Both the position numbers and the translations under genes were made by a program. A DNA stretch of 64,000 nt from a virus. The notes below the pieces were generated by a model, which did no database searches, was not told the DNA's origin, and saw nothing but the letters and a program-made list of their open reading frames with translations. Location of the stretch: positions 40,311 to 104,310 of the IMG/VR virus record IMGVR_UViG_3300045988_165550. One strand, 5' to 3'. The first letter of the stretch is position 1. Every line of letters starts with the position of its first letter. Below, piece by piece: positions 54,823 to 63,001 of this stretch.

Positions 54823-57561
54823 ATGACATTAGTTCGTGGAACGTTTAATATATCTAGCGTAGCAAACGGTGAGGATGCAGTCTCTTACGAGATTGTACCC
54901 TCTACCCGTTCGTTGCTCATAGAAGCTAATGGTAACTGGGCAGACGGCACGACAACAAGCGAGGGGTATGCCAAGATTACTTGTTCGGTATACAAGGTGG
55001 TCGGTTCCCAGCGAGAGTTGTGTATCGAGAAGTTGTACTATGTTGCGGACGGCGCTTTCATTAAAAGTTTTGCGTTCGATAAGGGTGTTTTTACTCTACT
55101 GATCCCCCGCAGTGCCACTGTAGTGGATGTTTCCGTCTTTGCTAGGGATAAAACTACAAATAAGTCTATCGGTGATCCGCTCGCTATGATAAGCATCCCT
55201 ATCATCCATAATGGAGCCAATGGCACCAGCGGCGCATCTCTCTTATGTCAGTATTCCGCTGATAATACAAATTGGCACGACGGATTTACTCCAGGCGACG
55301 TGTGGATGCGACAAAAACTGAGCACCGACATTGTCTGGAGCGGCTCGATGCGCATTGTAGGCGAGCCGGGAAAGTCTGGCGCGAACGGCAGTTACACGGA
55401 ATACTCTTTCGGCATCAGCGCAACAGAGAGCGTGGCGAGCTCGGCAATTTCCCCCGGTGTTGAAACTTGGCATGATATGCCTATCCCTACCACAAAAGAT
55501 AAGCCTTATCTGTGGATGAGGGTTATCAAGGTAGATAAAAAGGGCAATGAGTCTGAGCCAGCTTATTCTCGTCTGAACGGCAAGGATGGCAACAACGGAA
55601 CGTCGGTGAGCATCAAAGGCTCGAAACCTTCATCTTCTGCGCTGCCTAGCTCCGGTCAGAAGATGGGCGACTGCTATCTTATCAATGGTGAACTATGGGT
55701 GTATACGGGTGAAACGGGTTCGGGCATCGTTAACGGATTCGTGAACTGCGGCAACATCAAGGGCGAACCTGGCAACTCGGCAGTTCAGTATTTCTACCAC
55801 ATGGCATGGGCCACCGGAATCAAGACGGATTCTTCCGGCACGATGGTGGACGTGGAAGGTTTTACTACTTCCAATCCGGCTGGCTTGTCTTATGCGTATA
55901 TGGGCGTATGCTACAACACCGTAAGCAGCCCCGACCCTAGCGACTGGAATCAGTATAAATGGGTGAAGGTGGAAGGCAAAGATGCCGTAACCTACGAGAT
56001 AAAGCTGGATTCAAACACCGTGTCTGCCGACGGAAAGACGGGTAAATTCCTGACAACCAAGTTGGGTAAATATCGCCTTCTCAGGCATACGGGTGACAAG
56101 ACGGAGAACTGTTCGGGTATCTTAGATACCCTCGATTTTCTTATATTTCCGATAGGAGCGGATGGCGAGGCGCTTGGTGTTCTTTCGGGCGATAAGGATA
56201 GCGATATATATGGCACTATCACGGGTAATGGTCTCAAGGAAGAAAACGTATATCAGATAAAATTCTTCTGGTATTCAGGTCCCGCCGCTGTAGCTAATAG
56301 ATACAATTATCTTCAGGCGCTTAAAAAGACACAGGGTATTCCTACATCTACCATGGTGATTTCCGTTCTTGCCAGCAACACCTTCACCGTACTCCGTCAG
56401 GGAGTGGATGGCGAACGTGGCAGCAGTGGAGCCGTATGGCGGCAGCATCGTGGCTTTGTGGAAGCATCGGAGACGGCAACTTACAAGTATGAAGCTGGCG
56501 GAAATGATGAGAAGTTTATAGATGCAGTGCTTCTCACAGGCGCAAGCGGCAAGAAGACGTGGTATAGATGTATACAATCATATTACTCCACCGGCAAGTC
56601 TGATTCAAGGAATATTGTAGGTTCTACTGAGTTTGCCAAGTATTGGGATTCAGCCTATATGACGGTGGATTTCATCGCCACCGATTTCTTTCTTTCAGAG
56701 AATGCCAAGATTAATCTGTTGGGGTCTAACGAAATCAATCTCACGGATAAGAACGGACAGATTTTCGGTTCATACAGAATCCCTTCAAAGAATGGCGATG
56801 ATGGCGTGTATGCCTTGTGGCTAGGTGCGGCAACTGGAGGTGATGCTCCATTCTCGGTGACGAAATCCGGCGAGATATATAGTGTAAGCGGAACTATTGG
56901 CGGATTCAGAATCGGGGAGTATGGTCTCGGTACCCGTGAGGGCAGCAATATGTTCCTTAAGAATGACTATATTCATTTCGGAAACTTTGCAGCCCTTACC
57001 AATTTCGACGGATATTGTATAGAACTGGGCAGAAGGAATCACCGTTGCCTGACGGCTGTTTCTTCTTCCAGTAGCGGTAATGATATTTATGAAGGTGGTT
57101 TTTTCTCTGTTCTTGTCAATAGGCCAATAGCCAAATATGCTGCTGCCCTACATTTGCAATGCGATTGGACGATTGATGCTGGAGAGATTGATATGACAAA
57201 TGCATACGAAGGCAACCATGCCATACTCATCGAATCGGGCGATGTGGCAGGTATCAGACCTTCTTTTGTCCGCATTAATAAAGACTTGGCTCTATCCGAC
57301 TACAATTTTAACGTCGAGTGCTATAATGAGACTAACACAATAACCCTGACGCTGCCTGCTAGTCCGAAATGGGGACAGCATTATGTGGTTATCCAGCGTG
57401 GCAATGGGCGGATAAACTTCAAGTCAGCACTCAACACCAATATCCACGACCTCAACAGTGGCGCAAATGACAAAACCTGGTATTCCGGCACTCGGGGGCA
57501 GGTAACTTGGTTCTGGTATGACGGTACGGAATGGATGGTGAGATATGTAAATAGACAATAA
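54823..57561 (+). CDS. tail fibre-like protein
   Basis: 912 aa, Gly/Ser/Thr-rich with a beta-rich composition. It is the last large gene before the DGR target. Confidence 0.55.
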   Translation: MTLVRGTFNISSVANGEDAVSYEIVPSTRSLLIEANGNWADGTTTSEGYAKITCSVYKVVGSQRELCIEKLYYVADGAFIKSFAFDKGVFTLLIPRSATVVDVSVFARDKTTNKSIGDPLAMISIPIIHNGANGTSGASLLCQYSADNTNWHDGFTPGDVWMRQKLSTDIVWSGSMRIVGEPGKSGANGSYTEYSFGISATESVASSAISPGVETWHDMPIPTTKDKPYLWMRVIKVDKKGNESEPAYSRLNGKDGNNGTSVSIKGSKPSSSALPSSGQKMGDCYLINGELWVYTGETGSGIVNGFVNCGNIKGEPGNSAVQYFYHMAWATGIKTDSSGTMVDVEGFTTSNPAGLSYAYMGVCYNTVSSPDPSDWNQYKWVKVEGKDAVTYEIKLDSNTVSADGKTGKFLTTKLGKYRLLRHTGDKTENCSGILDTLDFLIFPIGADGEALGVLSGDKDSDIYGTITGNGLKEENVYQIKFFWYSGPAAVANRYNYLQALKKTQGIPTSTMVISVLASNTFTVLRQGVDGERGSSGAVWRQHRGFVEASETATYKYEAGGNDEKFIDAVLLTGASGKKTWYRCIQSYYSTGKSDSRNIVGSTEFAKYWDSAYMTVDFIATDFFLSENAKINLLGSNEINLTDKNGQIFGSYRIPSKNGDDGVYALWLGAATGGDAPFSVTKSGEIYSVSGTIGGFRIGEYGLGTREGSNMFLKNDYIHFGNFAALTNFDGYCIELGRRNHRCLTAVSSSSSGNDIYEGGFFSVLVNRPIAKYAAALHLQCDWTIDAGEIDMTNAYEGNHAILIESGDVAGIRPSFVRINKDLALSDYNFNVECYNETNTITLTLPASPKWGQHYVVIQRGNGRINFKSALNTNIHDLNSGANDKTWYSGTRGQVTWFWYDGTEWMVRYVNRQ

Positions 57562-57576
57562 TTGATAGATAAAAAA

Positions 57577-57861
57577 ATGAAATTGAATTTTGAAAATGTA
57601 GAGGTTTATACCTCTCTCGACAAGTCTGCTTGTCAGGTAATGAATCTTCGCAAGAGTATTGCGAACCTCATCTACAACCAGGGCAATGGTCTGGGTTTGG
57701 AAGGAGTAGCCCTTGCCACGAAGATGTGGAACGGCGCTGCCGACACGGAGTACACCGAGCGTGAAGCGGAAATCATCCGCAACCTGGTAGTCCAGAATTG
57801 CGCTCCCTGCGTAATAGATGCAGTCCTCGCCATAGTAGGCAAGGAAGATAAAGATAAGTAA
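57577..57861 (+). CDS. hypothetical small protein
   Basis: The ATG at 57577 was chosen; the track ORF begins at TTG 57562. Confidence 0.5.
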   Translation: MKLNFENVEVYTSLDKSACQVMNLRKSIANLIYNQGNGLGLEGVALATKMWNGAADTEYTEREAEIIRNLVVQNCAPCVIDAVLAIVGKEDKDK

Positions 57862-57898
57862 TTTGAGAAGTAAATAAATTCTTTTAAAAAGTAAGATT

Positions 57899-58642
57899 AT
57901 GGGTATTCAAACAAAGAAAATGAGCGAGTGGCTTGCCGCAAACGGGCAGGCTATTACTAATGCTTCAGCAGTAAGCATGAAGGCTTACATGGAGCAAAAC
58001 CTGCGTTCTTTACAGGATGGTGTTTACATCGGTAAGATCCAGAAGGAAACATGGGGAACTTACATGAGATGCGACCCATGGCAGACTACGGAGATCGGTA
58101 TCAAAAAAGCCGATGCCGATGCTATTGTCGTTCAGCACGGCAGTCTGCGTCTCGGTATTGCCTTAACCGAACCTGGTGCTATGAAGTGGGGCAGTGTTCA
58201 GAATGAAAATTCTGTAGGTTATCAGACATCCAGCGATTGGAGCCTTCTCGACGGTAAGACGAGAACAGCGGCAGTGATGGCTAGTAGTTATTACAAGAAC
58301 GATGATCCTGCTACCTACGCCGTAGCATATTGCTACAAATATTCAAAATCGCACACTGGCGACCCTGGAGGAGATGTGAGCATCCCCGCCAAGTCATGGT
58401 ATCTTCCTGCAACTGGCGAACTTGAGATTATCCGATCTCATTTCGAGACCGTCAATCTTGCTTTGCAGCGAATCAAGAATGCAGGCAAGCAGAGTGCTGA
58501 TTTGCTCCAGCGGACGGCTTACTGGTCTAGTGTCGAGAATTCCGGCAACTATGCGTGGAATCTGAACTTTGGCGGTGGCATTCACGGCGGCGACGGTAAG
58601 GTTGACGCTTCGTTTCGAGTTCGCCCGGTCACAGCATTTTAA
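57899..58642 (+). CDS. DGR target protein, DUF1566 / C-type-lectin-fold-like receptor-binding protein
   Basis: The C-terminal WYLPATGELEII...YWSSVENSGNYAWNLNF...VRPVTAF matches the DUF1566 pattern. Its last 130 nt are the VR of the adjacent DGR. Confidence 0.9.
   Translation: MGIQTKKMSEWLAANGQAITNASAVSMKAYMEQNLRSLQDGVYIGKIQKETWGTYMRCDPWQTTEIGIKKADADAIVVQHGSLRLGIALTEPGAMKWGSVQNENSVGYQTSSDWSLLDGKTRTAAVMASSYYKNDDPATYAVAYCYKYSKSHTGDPGGDVSIPAKSWYLPATGELEIIRSHFETVNLALQRIKNAGKQSADLLQRTAYWSSVENSGNYAWNLNFGGGIHGGDGKVDASFRVRPVTAF
58509..58638 (+). repeat. DGR variable repeat (VR)
   Basis: 130 nt, collinear with the TR at an offset of 859 nt. There are 14 mismatches, and at all of them the TR base is A. 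Confidence 0.92.
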
Positions 58643-58672
58643 TCATTTTATCTCTTTATCTCTTTACCTCTT

Positions 58673-58687
58673 CCGGCCGTAGGCCGG
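58673..58687 (+). other. GC hairpin downstream of VR
   Basis: ccggcc-gta-ggccgg, 35 nt after the VR end. It is comparable in position to the hairpin/cruciform that assists DGR target recognition. Confidence 0.4.
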
Positions 58688-58710
58688 CAAGCAAGAATGC
58701 CGATCAAGAA

Positions 58711-58738
58711 AAGTCTGGCGGCGTAAGCCGCCGGACTT
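58711..58738 (+). terminator. hairpin with GTAA loop after the target gene
   Basis: aagtc-t-ggcggc-gtaa-gccgcc-g-gactt. No clear T-run follows. Confidence 0.4.
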
Positions 58739-58867
58739 CTGTACCCTTCCATAAAAGAGCATGCGGCAGTTTTTTGTACAGTTGAGGTATTTTGATACGT
58801 ATAAAAAAAATTACAAAAAAAATATAACGCTATCACGATTTATTAGCAGCATAATTGATAAATATTT

Positions 58868-59215
58868 ATGGCTTTAGCAAAGGATTTACAGATATACAAG
58901 GATACGTTCGAACTGGTTGATAAACTCACGGAGATGAAACAGAATTTTCCGCGAATGTATCGCTATGATCTGGGTGAAAAGATGACGAACGTTGCGCTCG
59001 AACTCTTTGAATATATCCAGCTAGCGAATATGTATGCGGATAGTCGCCATCACTACATGATGGGATTCCGTGTCAAGTTTGAACTCCTTAAAACAATCCT
59101 TCGCCTTGCTTTCCGTAGAAAGCTATTCTCGGAGAAGCAGGCCGCGGATATTTGTCGGTTAACTACCATCATCGGTAGACAGGCTACAGCTTGGGGAAAT
59201 TCAAAGAAAGGTTAG
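58868..59215 (+). CDS. avd: Avd-like four-helix-bundle accessory protein of the DGR
   Basis: 115 aa and basic, with the pattern of the 23S-rRNA-IVS / four-helix-bundle family (LQIYKDTFELV...RYDLGEKM...). It sits between the target gene and the TR. Confidence 0.8.
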   Translation: MALAKDLQIYKDTFELVDKLTEMKQNFPRMYRYDLGEKMTNVALELFEYIQLANMYADSRHHYMMGFRVKFELLKTILRLAFRRKLFSEKQAADICRLTTIIGRQATAWGNSKKG

Positions 59216-59367
59216 TCCTGCTCTGAATTAAAAGCAAGAGTACAATCGGCTAAGGTTTATTGTAGAATGTGACTCTCCATTAATAATGGTCTCGCCGCTG
59301 TCACCTCGCACCGTCATTTGTACGACGGAGCGAAGCAGCTAAGATGTATAACCCAGAGCGAGAAAAT

Positions 59368-59497
59368 AGCGGACGAATTACTGGTCTAGTGTCGAGAATT
59401 CCGGCAACAATGCGTGGAATCTGAACTTTGACAATGGCAATCACGGCAACAACGGTAAGGTTGACAATTCGAATCGAGTTCGCCCGGTCACAGCATT
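59368..59497 (+). repeat. DGR template repeat (TR)
   Basis: Non-coding 130-nt copy of the VR, rich in AAC/AAT triplets, 31 nt upstream of the RT start. Confidence 0.92.
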
Positions 59498-59528
59498 AGT
59501 TTGAAGAGTTAGAGAAATAGGAACAATT

Positions 59529-60815
59529 ATGGTAAAGGAAGAAGATATATTAGAGGCTTATGAGAATTGTCTAAAAGATAAGGCATCATCTCCTGATGCT
59601 ATCAGGTTTGTTGTAAATCTCTTTGAGAATATCACAGATTTAACGGATGCTATCAACTCTCGTACCTACGAACCGCTTCCATCCATAACATTTGTCGTTT
59701 CTCGGCCTGTATACCGGGAGGTATTCGCTGCTAATTTTCGTGATAGAGTTATTCATCACTACATCGCACTTCGATTAGAACCGCTATTCGAAGGCGTGTT
59801 CAGCGAGAGAACTTATAATTGCCGTAAGGGTAAAGGACAGCTATATGGTGTCATGCAGTTGGCGGCAGATATTAAGGAATGTTCCGAAAACTTCACTCGT
59901 CCATGCTGGTATCTGAAATGCGACATGAAAGGATTCTTTATGAGCATACCCCGAAAGCAGTTGGCAGATAAGGTAGATAAGTTTATTCTCGAAAATTACA
60001 AGGGCGATGATATAGAAGATTTACGCTATCTGTCTCGTGTAACAATTATGAATGATCCTACGAAGAATTGCATCAGGCGTTCTCCTGAAGAAATAATGAA
60101 GATGGTTCCGGCAGGAAAGACGCTGAGGGGCGCGAAGCCTGGCCATGGTCTCCCTATCGGGAATCTCACGAGCCAGCATGATGCCAACTTCTGGCTCAAT
60201 GATTTTGATTGGATGTTTGATATATTCCTCCATATCTATTGGCATGGGCGATATGTCGATGATTTCTACGTGATTTATCCCGATAAGCAGTCGTTACTCG
60301 ATGCGATTCCTAAAATCCGATCTTATCTGATAGTTTTAGGCGCAACCCTACATCCTAGAAAGATAGAAATGCAGTCGGTATATAAAGGCATCACATTTAC
60401 GGGTATGGTAGTGAAGCGGGATAGGATTTACGCCAGCAACCGCATGGTAAGCAACTTCGAGCAGTTGATTCATTACATGAATACGCTCTCCGAGGGCTTC
60501 AGCATAGAAACGCTGCAACATTACGTCTGTTCCATCAATAGCTATCTTGGCTTGATGCGTCATTGCAATAGCTACGATATACGCAAGCGGATCATGCTGA
60601 AGATGGATAGACGTTTCTATCGGTTTCTCTACATTAAAGGTAGGTATGAATGTGTGCGTATCAAACAGAAATATAAAAGAGATTTAATAAACAGGAAGTT
60701 ACTGCGGAATAATAATTCCAAGAACTTTGATATATTGATAAACAATTATTATGACGAAAATGAAAATCATAAGAGCAGACCTTCCTACCGAGAAGGAGAT
60801 AAGCTCGCTTCTTGA
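59529..60815 (+). CDS. DGR reverse transcriptase
   Basis: RT motifs are present: NFRDRVIHH, the DGR-diagnostic LPIGNLTSQ (I/LGxxxSQ) and the catalytic YVDDF. Confidence 0.92.
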   Translation: MVKEEDILEAYENCLKDKASSPDAIRFVVNLFENITDLTDAINSRTYEPLPSITFVVSRPVYREVFAANFRDRVIHHYIALRLEPLFEGVFSERTYNCRKGKGQLYGVMQLAADIKECSENFTRPCWYLKCDMKGFFMSIPRKQLADKVDKFILENYKGDDIEDLRYLSRVTIMNDPTKNCIRRSPEEIMKMVPAGKTLRGAKPGHGLPIGNLTSQHDANFWLNDFDWMFDIFLHIYWHGRYVDDFYVIYPDKQSLLDAIPKIRSYLIVLGATLHPRKIEMQSVYKGITFTGMVVKRDRIYASNRMVSNFEQLIHYMNTLSEGFSIETLQHYVCSINSYLGLMRHCNSYDIRKRIMLKMDRRFYRFLYIKGRYECVRIKQKYKRDLINRKLLRNNNSKNFDILINNYYDENENHKSRPSYREGDKLAS

Positions 60816-60893
60816 TAACGGAGCAGAAATAGAAATCTATATGAAGGACGGAAAAATCAACATGGAAATAGAGACTTCGCCATAACACCTCCT

Positions 60894-60921
60894 ATAAACT
60901 ATAAACTATCAACTATCAAAA
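60894..60921 (+). repeat. heptad array x4
   Basis: ataaact ataaact atcaact atcaaaa, downstream of the RT gene and preceded by cctcct. Confidence 0.8.
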
Positions 60922-60966
60922 AAGCCCCACGATCCATCACGGACGGCAGGGCTTCATCGTTTTTTT
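60922..60966 (+). terminator. weak hairpin plus T7
   Basis: aagccc...gggctt is a 6-bp stem with a 21-nt loop. A T7 run lies at 60960..60966. Confidence 0.35.
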
Positions 60967-61206
60967 AATACCTTTTTAAAGATTATAACACCATAACCCT
61001 TGCGGGTCATGATAGATTGGCTGCAAAGGTACGAAGAAAAATCCAAATAACTATAAAAAATTCCGAGAAAAACAAGAAATTATCTGTAAATTTTCGGCTC
61101 GTCCCGAAGAATTATCCGAATTTTTCGCAACGGAAATCATACGGATAATGGCATTATTCCATAAAAATTATACAGCTCATGTCCGCCCCGTTTCCCAGAA
61201 AAATGC

Positions 61207-61214
61207 TACCTTTG
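61207..61214 (+). promoter_or_regulatory. Bacteroidota -7 promoter box
   Basis: TACCTTTG lies about 300 nt upstream of the likely start at 61512. Confidence 0.45.
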
Positions 61215-61295
61215 CATCATAAGATTACCCGAAAGCGAACGCTAGGAAACAGGAAGAAAATCATTAGGAAATCATCCGAAAGTGATTGAAAGATG

Positions 61296-61350
61296 ATTGG
61301 AAAATCATTGGAGGACTATTGGAGGACTATCGGAGGATTATTGGAGAACC
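61296..61350 (+). repeat. 11-nt tandem repeat x5 (GGAGG-containing)
   Basis: attggaaaatc attggaggact attggaggact atcggaggatt attggagaacc. Confidence 0.8.
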
Positions 61351-61511
61351 GGGAAAGGAACCCACCCTTCCCACTCGCCCCCATTCCATGCGATTCCGTC
61401 ACAGGTCAGCCCCCATGTTTGCTGCCCTCAACGCCCACTCCCGAGCCATCTTTGCAAGTGTTAACGCCCCCACGAGGAGGCATATTGTCGAACCATAAAA
61501 ATGTAAAGATT

Positions 61512-61961
61512 ATGGCAAAAGTTCAACCGAGCGATTTGTTCACGTCTATCAGTGGCAAATTGTGCAGCAAGGAGGGCACCTACATCGCCCTCAACAAGCA
61601 GACTGGAAAGATGTATTCAGCCGTGCATCATCATTATTCCGATTCCAACACCGGAGCGCAGCAGTCCGTGCGCAAGCTCTTTGTTGCGAAGAGCAAGTTT
61701 GCCACCAAGTGGTGGAAGGCCAACAAGCCATCCACCGAGAACCCGAAGGGAAGCGACAACTACCAGTTGGTACTGAAGGCCTACAAGGGTCAGCACAAAA
61801 TCGGCAACCGATTCAGCTACCTCCGCACCCTGGTAACCGATGATTTGAAGGTGAAGCTGGGCGACCTGGATATTACGGGCGAGATTACCCCTGATGCAGG
61901 TGCCGATGCAGGCACCACCGAAGGTGGCGGCGGCACTGGCAGACCAGGCGGCGAAGGATAA
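61512..61961 (+). CDS. hypothetical protein with Gly-rich tail
   Basis: The start was chosen at gattATGGCA 61512, the start context shared by many genes here. The track ORF extends in frame back to ATG 61293 through repeat and Pro-rich sequence. Confidence 0.5.
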   Translation: MAKVQPSDLFTSISGKLCSKEGTYIALNKQTGKMYSAVHHHYSDSNTGAQQSVRKLFVAKSKFATKWWKANKPSTENPKGSDNYQLVLKAYKGQHKIGNRFSYLRTLVTDDLKVKLGDLDITGEITPDAGADAGTTEGGGGTGRPGGEG

Positions 61962-61966
61962 ATAAG

Positions 61967-62074
61967 AGTTAATAGTTAATAGTTGATAGTTTATAGGGCA
62001 TTCTTGCTCAACGGCGCTAGCCTCTATCAACTATTAACTATCAACTATTAACTATCAACTATTAACTATAAACT
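61967..62074. repeat. composite palindromic element: 4 inverted heptads, conserved core, 7 direct heptads
   Basis: agttaat agttaat agttgat agtttat | ag ggcattcttgctcaacggcgctagcctct | atcaact attaact atcaact attaact atcaact attaact ataaact. Confidence 0.85.
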
Positions 62075-62093
62075 TTAGCATCGCCCTTGCGCA

Positions 62094-62948
62094 TCAATAT
62101 CGGGCCGCATCTTCCCTATCCTTAAACCATATAGAAGAGAGATAGCCGTTCTCGCAGCTATATAGCTTAATCTCTACACCAGAAAGGTTCTTGTAATAGA
62201 AGGTAACCACATCGCTCTTGCTCAGGAAACCATTGATAGTAACCTTTCCGTTCTTTGTGGTGTAGGTAGCAGTATGATCGCTGACACTCTCTATCACCAT
62301 GTGCATGGTGCCATCCTCGTTAAACGTCATGGAAGCCATACAGTTCCTCTTCTTTCCATTCTCGGCATTGGTATAGGTAACGACGCAATACCAGGTGCCT
62401 CTCAGCGCCACATCGTGGTCCGTCTCGTCAGAAATATCATCCAGCGAGCTGCCGCATCTCATCTGGCATTCATATCCGTTAGGCAGGGTGCCCACAATCA
62501 GCGGGCGCATATCGATGCTTATTGATACCCTGCTGCCCATGATTTTGTTGCTTTCCTGCAGATGCACGCCCGATAGAGTTCCGTTCAGCAGATGGCCGAT
62601 ATTGAAGCTTTTCGGAGTGCCCACCTCGAAGCGGGTAGTAAGCTTGTCGCCATCCATCTGCCAGTAGCCGAAGGCGGTGTTAGGCTCGGCGAAGAGACCG
62701 CCCGAGCTCATGCTGCCGCTGCCCTCATAGTAAACCATGTGGTTCTTGTAATAAGAGTAAGTACCACTGGTACTGTTGATGGTCCACTCATTGCCGACAA
62801 GATATTCCTTCACCTTTGCCGCATTCTTCTCGCTCTCGTCCTCGTTGCTGCTGCAAGCCGTGAGCGATGCCGTAACCATTCCCGCAGCCACCACTGTGCA
62901 GATAGCCAGCAGGGAACGCTTCATCATAGTTAGAAAATTCTGTTTCAT
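62094..62948 (-). CDS. lipoprotein
   Basis: Signal peptide with a lipobox, ...VTASLTAC|SSNEDE. 284 aa. Confidence 0.7.
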   Translation of the reverse strand: MKQNFLTMMKRSLLAICTVVAAGMVTASLTACSSNEDESEKNAAKVKEYLVGNEWTINSTSGTYSYYKNHMVYYEGSGSMSSGGLFAEPNTAFGYWQMDGDKLTTRFEVGTPKSFNIGHLLNGTLSGVHLQESNKIMGSRVSISIDMRPLIVGTLPNGYECQMRCGSSLDDISDETDHDVALRGTWYCVVTYTNAENGKKRNCMASMTFNEDGTMHMVIESVSDHTATYTTKNGKVTINGFLSKSDVVTFYYKNLSGVEIKLYSCENGYLSSIWFKDREDAARY

Positions 62949-63001
62949 TTCTTCATTCCGTTTAAAGTGTTATACATTATTAATTATTCAATATTCATCA
63001 T

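Noticed and set aside
61293-61511. Upstream in-frame extension of CDS 61512..61961, and the overlapping ORFs 61286..61498, 61552..61776 and 61562..61843
   Set aside because: The extension is tandem-repeat and Pro-rich low complexity. The 61512 start has the gattATGGCA context shared by many genes here. This is kept as an open question in the findings.
61967-62074. Heptad arrays considered as a CRISPR-like array
   Set aside because: The repeat unit is only 7 nt, the units are contiguous with no spacers, and no cas genes are present.
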